From Candidatus Tayloriibacteriota bacterium (GTDB lineage Bacteria > Patescibacteriota > Minisyncoccia > Phycocordibacterales > UBA10002): a stretch of 62,904 nucleotides of DNA. Below, piece after piece: positions 16,683 through 26,423 of this stretch. The notes under the pieces are model-generated. The model was not told the origin of the DNA, ran no database searches, and saw only the letters and a program-made list of their open reading frames with translations. The number at the start of each line of letters is the position of its first letter. Position 1 is the first letter of the stretch. Position numbers and translations under genes: made by a program. Where the stretch lies: assembly GCA_009694955.1 (NCBI GenBank), contig SIBZ01000003.1, positions 1-62,904 of the forward strand. The letters are read 5' to 3'.

Positions 16683-18581
16683 TTACTTTGTTTCCGCGTC
16701 GCGGACGGGACCTTGGGCTTCCGGACCTTTATCGTCTTTGGGAGGTTGCTCTGCGCCACCTTTTGCGTCAGGAGCGGGTTGCTGCTTGTAGAGCTCCTGA
16801 CCTACTTTTTGAATCTCCTGTGAGAGGGCCTCGGTAGCCGTCTTTATCGTGTCGAGGTCGGAGGCATCCTTAACTTTTTTAAGTTCTACAATTTTGTCTT
16901 CGACAAGCTTCACGGAATCGGCCGGAACTTTATCTTTATTATCTTTGAGTGTTTTCTCCGACGTGTAGATAAGCTGCTCGGCAAGATTTTTCACCTCAAC
17001 AAGTTCACGTTTCTTTGCATCTTCACCCGCGTTCGCTTCCGCGTCTTTCTTCATCTTCTCGATTTCATCTTTGGACAAGCTCGAGCGTGCTTCAATCTTT
17101 ATGGATTGCTCCTTCCCTGTCGCTTTGTCCTTGGCCTTCACGGCGAGGATACCGTTCGCGTCAATGTCGAAGGTTACCTCAACCTGCGGCATACCGCGCG
17201 GAGCCGGAGGAAGTCCGTCGAGAATAAATCGGCCGAGCGACTTGTTGTCCGAAACCATAGGACGTTCACCTTGTACCACATGAATTTCCACCGAGGTCTG
17301 ATTGTCCGCGGCTGTGGAGAATACCTGTGAACGTGATGCCGGAATGGTCGTATTCTTCTCGATAAGCTTCGTGGCAACCCCACCAAGCGTCTCAATGCCA
17401 AAGGAAAGCGGGATAACATCGAGAAGCAATATGTCTTTCACGTCGCCCGCGAGAATACCTCCCTGAATAGCGGCACCGACGGCAACCACTTCATCGGGGT
17501 TGACACTCATATTCGGCTCGCGGTTGAAGAAGGCCTTAACCGCAGCTTGTAGTGCGGGCATTCGGGTCTGGCCTCCAACGAGAATGACCTCGTTGATTTG
17601 CGGCACCTTGAACGGAGAGGCATCCATGGCGCGCTTGGTTATCATCATGGCCCGGTCCACGAACTCCTGCGCGATTTCTTCGAGCTTGGCGCGAGTCATG
17701 GTGACCAGAAGGTGCTTCGGGCCGTCAGAGCCGGAGGTAATAAACGGAATGTTAATTTCCGTTTGTACCGCCGTTGAGAGCTCAATCTTGGCTTTCTCTG
17801 AGGCTTCATCAAGCCGCTGGAGCGCAAGTGCATCCGTTCGAAGGTCAATGCCGTTTTCTTTCTTGAAGGTATCGGCGAGCCAGTTAACAATTTTCTGGTC
17901 AATATCGCGCCCTCCAAGATGTGAGTCACCGTCGGTTGATTTCACCTCGATAACGTCATCTCCTACCTCCAGAATAGATACGTCGAAGGTACCGCCTCCG
18001 AAGTCGAAGACCGCTATTTTTTCTTCTTTCTTTTTGTTGAATCCGTACGCGAGGGCGGCAGCAGTCGGCTCGTTTATGATACGCTTTACTTCCAGTCCCG
18101 CGATTTTGCCCGCGTCCTTGGTCGCCTGACGTTGTGCGTCGTTGAAGTAGGCCGGAACGGTGATAATCGCTTCCGTTACCTTCTCTCCCAGCCGGGTCTC
18201 CGCGTCGGTCTTGAGCTTCTGGAGCACCATCGCCGAGATTTCCTCGGGGCGATACCACTTATCACCCATCTTCACTTCTATGCCGTTATTCGGTCCTTTG
18301 CGTACTTCAAACGGGACACTCTTGATATCTTTCTGTACTCCCTCCTCGTCGAAGTTATGCCCCATGAATCGCTTTATCTGAAAGACGGTGTTCTTCGGGT
18401 TGGTAACGGCCTGGCGCTTTGCGAGAAGTCCCGCGAGGCGCTCACCGGTTTTTGACTGCGCGACTATGGAAGGAGTCGTTCGCACGCCTTCCGCATTCTC
18501 CAAGACCTTCGGCGAACCTCCTTCCATGACCGCAACGGCCGAGAAGGTGGTTCCGAGATCGATTCCAATTATTTTTCCCAT
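16683..18581 (-). CDS. dnaK: Molecular chaperone DnaK (Hsp70)
   Basis: [17 protein letters not shown] and [11 protein letters not shown] signatures. 632 aa. Confidence 0.97.
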   Translation of the reverse strand: MGKIIGIDLGTTFSAVAVMEGGSPKVLENAEGVRTTPSIVAQSKTGERLAGLLAKRQAVTNPKNTVFQIKRFMGHNFDEEGVQKDIKSVPFEVRKGPNNGIEVKMGDKWYRPEEISAMVLQKLKTDAETRLGEKVTEAIITVPAYFNDAQRQATKDAGKIAGLEVKRIINEPTAAALAYGFNKKKEEKIAVFDFGGGTFDVSILEVGDDVIEVKSTDGDSHLGGRDIDQKIVNWLADTFKKENGIDLRTDALALQRLDEASEKAKIELSTAVQTEINIPFITSGSDGPKHLLVTMTRAKLEEIAQEFVDRAMMITKRAMDASPFKVPQINEVILVGGQTRMPALQAAVKAFFNREPNMSVNPDEVVAVGAAIQGGILAGDVKDILLLDVIPLSFGIETLGGVATKLIEKNTTIPASRSQVFSTAADNQTSVEIHVVQGERPMVSDNKSLGRFILDGLPPAPRGMPQVEVTFDIDANGILAVKAKDKATGKEQSIKIEARSSLSKDEIEKMKKDAEANAGEDAKKRELVEVKNLAEQLIYTSEKTLKDNKDKVPADSVKLVEDKIVELKKVKDASDLDTIKTATEALSQEIQKVGQELYKQQPAPDAKGGAEQPPKDDKGPEAQGPVRDAETK

Positions 18582-18708
18582 ATATTTAGTATGTAGTTAG
18601 TAGTAAATAGTCCTAAATTCTTCTTTTTCTAAAGGAGGTGCCAAAGACGGAGGATTTTAAAATCCCTCCACGGCTAAGAAGCCGGTGCTCCCTTTAGGAA
18701 AGGGAGAA

Positions 18709-19041
18709 TTAAAGAGAAGGCGCGCGAGTCATTTGACTCATGAAAAATTCAAGTGTTGAAAGAGGAGAAACTAGTTCCTCAAAAAGTACGCGCGAAATCG
18801 GAGCGGGCTGAAGGTCGGCAAGGACGGGAAGATAGGAAGAGGTGCTTTCGGTGCTCTCTCCCGCAAGTATCTCAATCGGCTGACATGAAAGTATTTTACC
18901 GCGGAGCTTCCCTTCCCGTTCCAAAACCACGAAGCGCATGAGAAAAAGCTTCCCATTCCGGCGGACGAGCTTTTCAAGAATCCCCGATTGCTTCCCGGAA
19001 ATTGTTGCTGCGGTTTTCAGTTTTCGATATTTGTAAAACAT
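18709..19041 (-). CDS. Hypothetical protein, 110 aa
   Basis: ORF track. The ATG overlaps the stop of the upstream gene by 1 nt. No family recognised. Confidence 0.45.
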   Translation of the reverse strand: MFYKYRKLKTAATISGKQSGILEKLVRRNGKLFLMRFVVLEREGKLRGKILSCQPIEILAGESTESTSSYLPVLADLQPAPISRVLFEELVSPLSTLEFFMSQMTRAPSL

Positions 19042-19610
19042 TAGCGTGTATCTACAATTGAAAAGACTATTTTTTCAAGTATCGGGGTCAGCACATCGTT
19101 CTTGTCGAGTGAATCGCCTCCGAGCAGTTGAATCATAAGACCTTCAACATCTTCTTCGGTATCGGCACGGTCACGAGGAAAATCTTTTGGAAATAGGATG
19201 TACTGCCTTGCGATGCTCGGGTCTCCGGTTGAAAATGAGGTGACAATAAATGGAGAAGCGGTCAGGTCTTTGCGGCTTTCGCGATGAGTCTCTGTTGCTT
19301 GAAGTCCCCAAATCTGGCTCATAAGCCCCTTCTCCCGTGAAATTGTGATGTTGGAAACCAAATCCGGAGCGTGCTGTATCACGATAGCTCCCTCCGCTTC
19401 AGTTATCTTATATGTCGTTGGATAACGCAACGAGACGCCGAGGTTCTTGCTTTGATAGTATTTCCAATCAGTGGGAACTTCGCCGGAGTCATTGGAAACA
19501 ACGACCGTGGTTTTTTCGCCTACAGGCGTATGTCTGGCCAACCCACTCAGTGCACCGAGTACCACGAGCAGGGCAATTCCCACAACAAGAACAATAATTC
19601 GTTTTGCCAT
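19041..19610 (-). CDS. Membrane-anchored or secreted hypothetical protein, 189 aa
   Basis: N-terminal hydrophobic anchor (IIVLVVGIALLVVLGALSGLA). Starts 2 nt after the grpE stop. Confidence 0.55.
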   Translation of the reverse strand: MAKRIIVLVVGIALLVVLGALSGLARHTPVGEKTTVVVSNDSGEVPTDWKYYQSKNLGVSLRYPTTYKITEAEGAIVIQHAPDLVSNITISREKGLMSQIWGLQATETHRESRKDLTASPFIVTSFSTGDPSIARQYILFPKDFPRDRADTEEDVEGLMIQLLGGDSLDKNDVLTPILEKIVFSIVDTR

Positions 19611-19611
19611 G

Positions 19612-20184
19612 TTATGCGGTATACTCTGCCAATTTTACTTTTGCCGGTTGGACTATTTTACCATGAAGCGAATATCCCTTTTGCACCACATCCGCGACAG
19701 TGTGGTTTTCGCTCTCCTTGTCCGTCGGAACGGTGGCGATACTCTCGTGCCTTTGGGTATCAAAGGGCTCACCAACCTTAGGCTCAATAAGTGTAATGCC
19801 ATTGTTCTCTAAAGCACCAATGAGTTGCGAGTAGATATACTGCACACCCATACGCCAATTTAAATCAACCTTCTCCCACGCTTCTTTGTTACCGAAGGCT
19901 ATGTGGAAGCTGTCGAGAGCCGGCAAAATATCACGAATTACTCCTTCTTTGGAGAACTTGGTGAACTCCGCACGGGATTTCTCTTCGTCCTTGCGGGCGT
20001 TCGCGTAGTCGGCCTTGGTTCTCTGCCAGCCCTCCAAATACTCCTGCCGCTCCTTTTGGGAAACCTTCAGCTTCTCCTTCAGAGCCTTAATCATTTCGGC
20101 AGGGTCCTTGGCGTTATCCGAATCAAGTTCGGCCTCGAACACCACATCGTCAGCATCTTGATTTTTCTGGTTGTTTTCAGCCAT
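19612..20184 (-). CDS. grpE: Nucleotide exchange factor GrpE
   Basis: Acidic N-terminus, coiled coil, and a typical GrpE C-terminal region (GYSLHGKIVQPAKV). First ATG is at 20184; the track start at 20214 is TTG. Confidence 0.88.
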   Translation of the reverse strand: MAENNQKNQDADDVVFEAELDSDNAKDPAEMIKALKEKLKVSQKERQEYLEGWQRTKADYANARKDEEKSRAEFTKFSKEGVIRDILPALDSFHIAFGNKEAWEKVDLNWRMGVQYIYSQLIGALENNGITLIEPKVGEPFDTQRHESIATVPTDKESENHTVADVVQKGYSLHGKIVQPAKVKLAEYTA

Positions 20185-20293
20185 ATTTGACAGATTAGGG
20201 GTATATGGTATCAATTTTTCCGCATCAACGCAAGAAAATCAGCCAAACAAAAACATCCGCCAAGGTTTCCTGCCCTTTAAAGAGGGTTACGGC

Positions 20294-20593
20294 CTACCTA
20301 GCACCCACTGAGTACAAGACTCCAGAAATCAAGACGAGCAAAGCCAAAGAAATAAGCCCGAAAAACAGAATTTTTCTAAAAGTCTTATTCTTAAGATTTG
20401 GCAGGGTCATCAAAGCCCACGGCAAGAAAACTGGAAGAAATAAATACGATCCGAATCCCCCGGTCAGGCCATTTTCGTCTCCTCCGATTGAGCCAAGACA
20501 CACAAGCAATAAAAGGGTGAGAAGTAAGTAGAAAAAATAAAATGGTTTTCCAAGACCGCCCCTTTCTTCTGGATATGGTGGATTCTTGTCCAT
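20294..20593 (-). CDS. Small membrane protein, 99 aa
   Basis: ORF track. Three hydrophobic segments. Confidence 0.5.
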   Translation of the reverse strand: MDKNPPYPEERGGLGKPFYFFYLLLTLLLLVCLGSIGGDENGLTGGFGSYLFLPVFLPWALMTLPNLKNKTFRKILFFGLISLALLVLISGVLYSVGAR

Positions 20594-20597
20594 TTGT

Positions 20598-21008
20598 TTA
20601 TCGTTTGCTCCACTGTGGAGACTTGCGGGCCTTTTTGAGACCGAACTTACGGCGTTCCTTGGAACGCGGGTCGCGCTTGAGGAATCCAGCTTTCTTGAGT
20701 TTCTTGCGGAGTTCGGCGTCGTGTTCTACAAGGGCGCGGGAAATGCCGTGGCGGAGTGCCTCTGCCTGACCGGCGAGTCCACCGCCTGAAATTTTCGCGG
20801 TAATTTTGAACTTAACGGGAAGTTTGGTCTTAGTGATGGCATCAACAGCCACGCGTCGCTGTTCGTCGGTCTTGAAATAGGTATCAACATCTTGGTCGTT
20901 GACGGTAATCGACTGCTTCGTCCCCGGAGTAATGCGCACTCTTGCGGCTGCCGTCTTGCGGCGTCCGATGGTTTCGATATATCGTTCAGTTTTAATTTCA
21001 GTTTCCAT
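20598..21008 (-). CDS. rpsI: 30S ribosomal protein S9
   Basis: GRRKTAAARV motif, GGGLAGQAEALRHGISRAL, and a C-terminal ...KR. First ATG is 21008; the track start is TTG. Confidence 0.93.
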   Translation of the reverse strand: METEIKTERYIETIGRRKTAAARVRITPGTKQSITVNDQDVDTYFKTDEQRRVAVDAITKTKLPVKFKITAKISGGGLAGQAEALRHGISRALVEHDAELRKKLKKAGFLKRDPRSKERRKFGLKKARKSPQWSKR

Positions 21009-21021
21009 ATATTTCAACTAT

Positions 21022-21084
21022 ATATCTTTATATCCTGTATCACAAATTACGATAGACGTTTCGCGATACACGATATAAAGATAT
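21022..21084 (-). promoter_or_regulatory. 19-bp interrupted hairpin in the rplM-rpsI intercistronic spacer
   Basis: atatctttatatc (21022..21034) pairs with gatataaagatat (21072..21084), and tgtatc pairs with gataca across one C/C mismatch. It ends 14 nt before the rpsI ATG. Confidence 0.5.
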
Positions 21085-21089
21085 AAATG

Positions 21090-21434
21090 CTAATTTCGAA
21101 CAGTGAGCTTTTTGATTAACCGAGAGCGCTGGCGGTTCCGCGGAAGCATTCCGAGGATAACCTTACGGAGCAATTCGGCGTGTCCTTTCTTGGTAACAAA
21201 CTCCGCGAGACTTGTTGCACGAAGGCCTCCCGGGTAACCGGAGTAGCGGAGATATTCCGTTTGCAGACCCTTCTTCTCCGTAATGGAAAGCTTAGAAGCG
21301 TTCAGAATTTCAACCTGTGCGTCCGGTAACTCGTTCGGTGTATATGACGCAGAGCCCTTACCGCGCAAAAAAAGTGCCGCCTGACTTGCGATACGTCCGA
21401 GCTTTTTCCCTTGTGCGTCAATCGTGTATTTCAT
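21090..21434 (-). CDS. rplM: 50S ribosomal protein L13 (short form, 114 aa)
   Basis: GKKLGRIAS..A..LRGK N-terminus and YSGYPGGL motif. Confidence 0.9.
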   Translation of the reverse strand: MKYTIDAQGKKLGRIASQAALFLRGKGSASYTPNELPDAQVEILNASKLSITEKKGLQTEYLRYSGYPGGLRATSLAEFVTKKGHAELLRKVILGMLPRNRQRSRLIKKLTVRN

Positions 21435-21512
21435 ACTCAGATTTCAGATTTAAGTTGAAAGATTATAGTAAGGCGGTAATAAGTCGTTTTAATTTACTTA
21501 AATCTTTAATCC

Positions 21513-21863
21513 TTATACTAGCTCTATGACAGCCATCCTTGCGCCATCGGAAAGGCGCTGTCCCATTTTAACCACCCGAGTGTAACCACCCTTGCGCGAA
21601 GCATACTTCGGGCCGATTTCTTTGTAAAGCTTTGCGATATTCATATCATTTCCGAGACGAGTTTTCACAAGTCGTCGTGAGGCCGGAGTACCTGTCTTCG
21701 CGTGAGTGATGAGACGCTCGACGAAAGGACGAAGAGCTTTCGCTTTCGCCTCGGTTGTCTTGATGCGCCCTTCTTTCAGAAGTGCCTGCGCCAAAGAGCG
21801 CATCAGCGCACCACGTTGATTCTTCTCCCGACCAAATTTTTTAATTCTGTTTGAATGTCTCAT
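21513..21863 (-). CDS. rplQ: 50S ribosomal protein L17
   Basis: MRH..R.KKFGR....R.AL.R.L N-terminus and a C-terminal GYTRV.K...R.GD segment. Confidence 0.93.
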   Translation of the reverse strand: MRHSNRIKKFGREKNQRGALMRSLAQALLKEGRIKTTEAKAKALRPFVERLITHAKTGTPASRRLVKTRLGNDMNIAKLYKEIGPKYASRKGGYTRVVKMGQRLSDGARMAVIELV

Positions 21864-21925
21864 AATAGCTTCTAACTTTCAGTCCGAGGAGATTTTCCTA
21901 GAGGCTGAAACCTAGCACCTAAAAA

Positions 21926-22897
21926 CTATTTTAGTGTTATTCCCATTCCACCAAGCACCTTCTTAATCTCCTGAACCCCTTTGGTGCCGAGCCCATCGAT
22001 ATCGAGAATATCCTCTTCCTTCTTTCGGACCAATCCGCCAAGTGTCCTTATATTCGCGCTCGAGAGAGCGTTGGCGGTCCGTTGGGTAAGGCCGATGGTC
22101 TCAATGCGGGTCTTGAGGAGTTCAGTGTCGATTTCGCGTTTTGGCGTCGATCCTTCCTCCTTTGAGGCCTGCGCTTCTTCCTCGGAAGCGACCTCTTCGG
22201 AAGGCTCTTCAAATCCAACAATCGCCTTAAGCTGTGAAATCATAATACCGATTGCACGGGAAAGCGCTTCGTTTGCGGTAAGCGAACCGTCGGTTTCGAT
22301 GGCGATTTTCAGACGGTTAAAATCGGTACGGTTACCAACGCGCATGTTCTCCACTTCGTAGTTAACACGGCGGATGGGAGAGAAAATTGCATCAAGCGTA
22401 ATCTGTCCGATTTCGACTCGGTCCTTTTGGAGAACCTCTTTCGGGATGTAACCGAGTCCCTTCTCAACCCTCAGCTCCATAACAAATTCGGAACTTTTCT
22501 CGGTGAGCGTCGCGATGTGCTGTTCAGGGTTGAGGATGGTGACCTGTCCCGGGTGTTCGATGTCGGCGGCGGTAATATCCTTGATACCCTTTGACGAGAT
22601 GGTGAGTGTCTGAGGCTCGTCGGTATACATCGCAATACGGACGCGCTTAAGGTTGAGGATGATGGTAACCACATCCTCCTTAACGCCCTGAATCGTTGAA
22701 AATTCGTGTTCGACACCGTCCAGTTTAATGCCGGTAATTGCAGCTCCCGGAAGTGACGAGAGTATAATCCGGCGGAGTGAGTTGCCCAGTGTGTGTCCGT
22801 ACCCCGGGTACAAGCCGTCTATTTCATAGACGCCCGAGGACCCCTCTTCTTTGACGACTCGAGGCTTCGACGGGAGGATAATAGTGAAATCCGGCAT
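21926..22897 (-). CDS. rpoA: DNA-directed RNA polymerase alpha subunit
   Basis: GHTLGNSLRRILLSS-type N-terminal domain and a C-terminal domain with a TANAL...I.TLG helix-hairpin-helix. Confidence 0.95.
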   Translation of the reverse strand: MPDFTIILPSKPRVVKEEGSSGVYEIDGLYPGYGHTLGNSLRRIILSSLPGAAITGIKLDGVEHEFSTIQGVKEDVVTIILNLKRVRIAMYTDEPQTLTISSKGIKDITAADIEHPGQVTILNPEQHIATLTEKSSEFVMELRVEKGLGYIPKEVLQKDRVEIGQITLDAIFSPIRRVNYEVENMRVGNRTDFNRLKIAIETDGSLTANEALSRAIGIMISQLKAIVGFEEPSEEVASEEEAQASKEEGSTPKREIDTELLKTRIETIGLTQRTANALSSANIRTLGGLVRKKEEDILDIDGLGTKGVQEIKKVLGGMGITLK

Positions 22898-23017
22898 AAA
22901 TAGAGTTGGCGGTGTCGGAAAAAGAATGACTCAATCGTTCCCGAACCGCTCAAATTAATAAATAATGCTGACGTGCGTTAAAAAATATAATAACCTATTT
23001 TACAAATATTGGCAAGT

Positions 23018-23617
23018 TTACCTGCGATAGAACTCAAGAATGGCGCCAATATTGAACGGAAGCTCTGTTCGGACAAGTTTCGGGGTGCCCACAACTGTCG
23101 CTTCACCTTTTTGAAGGTCGAAACGAAGCCATGTCGGATTTTGATGGTCTCGGATGGTATCTTTCAGATTAAGAAACAATGGTTTGCTTTCGCTCGCTTT
23201 CCGTAGGCGGATGACGTCCCCAGTCTTAACGCGATATGAGGGGATGGTGACTCGCACGCCGTTGACCATGAAGTGTCCGTGGGAAACATACTGTCTCGAG
23301 GCCTGCCTGCTCGGGGCGATGCCCAGACGGTAAATGACGTTATCAAGGCGGGTTTCAAGTTCCAGATACAGTGCTTCATCATCGCGCAGATTTTTCTTCG
23401 CGATAGCGTTCGAAACATAGCGGGCAAATTGGCGCTCACCGAGTCCGTAGAAAAATCGTGCTCGTTGCTTTTCCTTAAGCTGGGCACCGAACTCGCTTCG
23501 GCCGTATCCCTTCACCATTACCTTCCCTGTGCGAAGCGCGAACTTAGGCGACTGTGTCTTCGGAAAGATATCAGCTCCTAGGCGTCTGGCGATTTTATAT
23601 CGTGGTCCTATTTTCAT
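23018..23617 (-). CDS. rpsD: 30S ribosomal protein S4
   Basis: YG..L.EKQ..R..YG and an S4 RNA-binding domain (RLDNVIYRLG..SR..ARQ.V.HGH..VNG). Confidence 0.95.
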   Translation of the reverse strand: MKIGPRYKIARRLGADIFPKTQSPKFALRTGKVMVKGYGRSEFGAQLKEKQRARFFYGLGERQFARYVSNAIAKKNLRDDEALYLELETRLDNVIYRLGIAPSRQASRQYVSHGHFMVNGVRVTIPSYRVKTGDVIRLRKASESKPLFLNLKDTIRDHQNPTWLRFDLQKGEATVVGTPKLVRTELPFNIGAILEFYRR

Positions 23618-23626
23618 AAAAATAAA

Positions 23627-24055
23627 TTAGACTCGTCGTGCTCGCGGAGGTCTTGGCCCGTTATGCGGAACGGGTGTCGCGTCCTTAATGCTGGCGATTG
23701 AAAAACCCTTGTTGACAAATCCGCGGATGGAAGACTCTCGGCCGGAACCAACGCCCTTTACCACCACGCTTACCTCGCGGACTCCCATTGCTTGTGCTTT
23801 TACAGCGAGTGTTTCGCCCACCTTTGCGGCTGCGAACGGGGTTCCCTTCTTTGCGCCCTGAAACCCAAGTGCTCCACTTGAAGAAAAAGCAACAACATTT
23901 CCCTTTTCATCGGTAAGGGTCAATCGGGTGTTGTTGTAGGTTGAATCAACATACAGAACGGCACGGTCAAGCACGCGCTTCTTTGACGCGGTACCGCGCG
24001 AAGCGCCACCGGCGTTTTCTGTCTCTCCCTTTGCAACTATGCGTTTCTTTCCCAT
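23627..24055 (-). CDS. rpsK: 30S ribosomal protein S11
   Basis: NNT..TLTD..GN and a C-terminal TP.PHNG.RP...RRV. Confidence 0.95.
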   Translation of the reverse strand: MGKKRIVAKGETENAGGASRGTASKKRVLDRAVLYVDSTYNNTRLTLTDEKGNVVAFSSSGALGFQGAKKGTPFAAAKVGETLAVKAQAMGVREVSVVVKGVGSGRESSIRGFVNKGFSIASIKDATPVPHNGPRPPRARRV

Positions 24056-24143
24056 GTTCCCTAATCAATCTCTAATTAAAAACTCTAATTTCCCGAAATC
24101 CGTTTCGCAATGATTCGCGTCTGAATTCGGGATTGATTCGTGA

Positions 24144-24524
24144 CTACTTCTTTTCGACAGCCCTTCGTCCGGTGCCCATAGTCTTTCGGATGTTACCTCG
24201 ACGGGTCCGTGAGTTGGTCTTTGTTCTTTGTCCTCGTACGGGAAGTCCGCGAAGATGTCGCACGCCCCGGTACGCCTTGATATCCTTCAAGCGTTTGACG
24301 TTTGAAGAGATGTCGCGCTTCAAGTCTCCCTCGATGGTATACTTCTCTATTTCACGGCGAATTGCGTTTTCCTCGTCGGCGGTGAGGTCCTTTGACTTCT
24401 TGGCTGGGTCCACCTTTGCATCCTTAAGAATCGCGAGGGCAAGCGAATGACCAACGCCGAAAATGATACGAAGACCGTACTCGAGCCGCTTGGTGTCTGG
24501 AATGGTGATACCTGAAATGCGCAT
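24144..24524 (-). CDS. rpsM: 30S ribosomal protein S13
   Basis: MRISGITIP N-terminus, YRG.RH..GLPVRGQRTKTN. Start moved to ATG 24524. Confidence 0.93.
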   Translation of the reverse strand: MRISGITIPDTKRLEYGLRIIFGVGHSLALAILKDAKVDPAKKSKDLTADEENAIRREIEKYTIEGDLKRDISSNVKRLKDIKAYRGVRHLRGLPVRGQRTKTNSRTRRGNIRKTMGTGRRAVEKK

Positions 24525-24534
24525 AAAGATTGAT

Positions 24535-24651
24535 TTACCCCTGACGTTGCTTATGTCTCGGATTGCTTTTGCACAGCACATAGACATACCCCTTCCGGCG
24601 TATCACTTTGCATTGAGCACAGATTTTTTTGACGGATGCTTTTACTCTCAT
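24535..24651 (-). CDS. rpmJ: 50S ribosomal protein L36 (38 aa, absent from the ORF track)
   Basis: Hand translation gives [38 protein letters not shown]-stop, which is canonical L36. Confidence 0.9.
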   Translation of the reverse strand: MRVKASVKKICAQCKVIRRKGYVYVLCKSNPRHKQRQG

Positions 24652-24725
24652 ACGCGTAGGCTGTAGCAAGAAAGGCCCTAGACCCTAGCAAAGAGCTTCC
24701 TCTCACCCAAAGCCTAGTGCCTCGA

Positions 24726-24950
24726 CTAAAGTCTTTTAGTTATTCTCCCCTTTCCTCCATAGGGGTCTATTTCAACCGTCACTTTGTCTCCGATGAGTAC
24801 GCGGATTCGATGCATCCGCATCTTTCCCGCAAGGTAGGTGAGGATCTCGCTTCCGTTCTCAAGGCGTACCTTGAAAAGCGTATCGGGAAGTGCTTCCGTC
24901 ACAACGCCGGTAACGGCATTTCCTCCTTTTTGACTCATTGTGGACATCAT
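24726..24950 (-). CDS. infA: Translation initiation factor IF-1
   Basis: G.V.E.LP...F.V.LENG...L.Y..GKMR...IR...GD.V.VE..PY....GRI..R S1-like fold. The start is ambiguous among ATGs at 24950, 24947 and 24938. Confidence 0.88.
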   Translation of the reverse strand: MMSTMSQKGGNAVTGVVTEALPDTLFKVRLENGSEILTYLAGKMRMHRIRVLIGDKVTVEIDPYGGKGRITKRL

Positions 24951-25080
24951 TGATGTGACGGGCAGTATAATAGCAATAAATGATTTAGGCGTCAACCCCG
25001 TTTGGGGTAGGACACCAGTAGTTATGTATTCGACGGCGCAACCGACTGAAACACATAGGTAGGGCGAAGAAATAAGCTGA

Positions 25081-26391
25081 TTACTGCGTTTTCGGAGAGG
25101 CCTCAGGTGTTGCCCGTTCAATAGTTACTTTACTCGGGTTGTTGGGAAAGCTTCTGCTCCAGAATGGTTTCAAGACCAGGTCAACCTTTTCAATAGTCGG
25201 AAATGCGGAAAGTGTTGCCGCAAGCTCATCTTTCGGCTTCCCAGTAAGAGCCTTTTGAAGTTTTTCCTCATCGAACAACCACACAATCCTGGCACCTCCT
25301 TTTAAAGTAAACCTCAGTACAGTAGCTTCGCCTGTGTTACTACCTGAATCCTTAATCTCAAAAGTGAGCGAATCAAGATCGGGTATCTCAACGGGGAGCA
25401 CCTCGCCCGGCGGGAGCACCGTTGCGGCCACTGCCTTGGCGATATCCTCGCGCTTAAAGATATAGGCGGCACCCGTCACCGTCTCCTTAACCGCCGAAGT
25501 TTCGCCGGAACGTTCCTCGGGGGCGAGTGATTCGTTCTTAACGGATATCGCGCCATTCCAAAGTATATACCCTTCCGGAACCAGCGAGCGTTTCCCCGTC
25601 AAAATCTTTTCCTGCAATGCCTTTCGAAGTGAGGCTCGTGCGGCAGTGAGTGCGTCTTCAGAAGGAATCTTGACAGTACCGTCAAACCCACCCGTCATCG
25701 GAGTCTTTGAGCGCGCATAAAAGCCGGCAAATCGAGCGCTATCACCCTTAAATCCGGGAACGGTAAAATCCGAAAGAGGAATATTGTACTCTTTGCCTGG
25801 AGAGTCTGCGAACACGGTTGCTTCGATGCTACCGGGGATACTCCGTCCATCCTTTACCGTTTTGCCAGGAATCGTAATAGAGTTTGCAATTCGGTATATC
25901 AGGCCATCGCGCGTTTCAAAACGGGTGTTTTTGATAAGACGTTGGGGTTTATCCGAGAAGGTGTTATAGATGAGCAGTGTGCCGGAAGCTCGTTCGGCAA
26001 TCTTCCTCGTGGTGTCGGCGGGTATCACAAGTTCGGCTGTCTCTTGTATAGGAAGCGTTTCAAAGCGTAGTTTGGCGTCGGCTGATTTCGAGGCGGTAAA
26101 CTCCTTGTTAATTGAGAGAAGCTCGGTTTTTGGAGTTACGGTAACCGTTGCCCCTGTAAAACCGGTAGCGAGAGAAACGACAAGCAACGCAAGAAACAGA
26201 AAAGTCGCTCCCCAGAGAAACACACGGCGCCACGATGAGGGACTTTCTTCCTCAATTTGGAACTCCTCACGCTCATACAGAATAGAGTCCACCTCGTCGT
26301 CACCGGTTCCGCGACGGTTCTTCGGCATTGGAACGTGTCGGATGGAGCGTTGTTCTTTCATCATAACATCGTGAAGTACATTTTTTGGCAT
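25081..26391 (-). CDS. Bitopic membrane protein with a large extracytoplasmic domain, 436 aa, unknown function
   Basis: ORF track. About 65 aa of charged N-terminus, one TM segment ([19 protein letters not shown]), then about 350 aa rich in beta-strand-like sequence. Confidence 0.6.
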   Translation of the reverse strand: MPKNVLHDVMMKEQRSIRHVPMPKNRRGTGDDEVDSILYEREEFQIEEESPSSWRRVFLWGATFLFLALLVVSLATGFTGATVTVTPKTELLSINKEFTASKSADAKLRFETLPIQETAELVIPADTTRKIAERASGTLLIYNTFSDKPQRLIKNTRFETRDGLIYRIANSITIPGKTVKDGRSIPGSIEATVFADSPGKEYNIPLSDFTVPGFKGDSARFAGFYARSKTPMTGGFDGTVKIPSEDALTAARASLRKALQEKILTGKRSLVPEGYILWNGAISVKNESLAPEERSGETSAVKETVTGAAYIFKREDIAKAVAATVLPPGEVLPVEIPDLDSLTFEIKDSGSNTGEATVLRFTLKGGARIVWLFDEEKLQKALTGKPKDELAATLSAFPTIEKVDLVLKPFWSRSFPNNPSKVTIERATPEASPKTQ

Positions 26392-26423
26392 ACGAGAAGT
26401 AGATGTTTAGTCTCTCGATTTTA

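Noticed and set aside
20185-20293. CIRCE/HrcA operator or clear promoter upstream of grpE
   Set aside because: There is no TTAGCACTC-N9-GAGTGCTAA-like inverted repeat. Only weak -35/-10 candidates (TTGATG, 17 nt, TATACC) are present, which is not enough to annotate.
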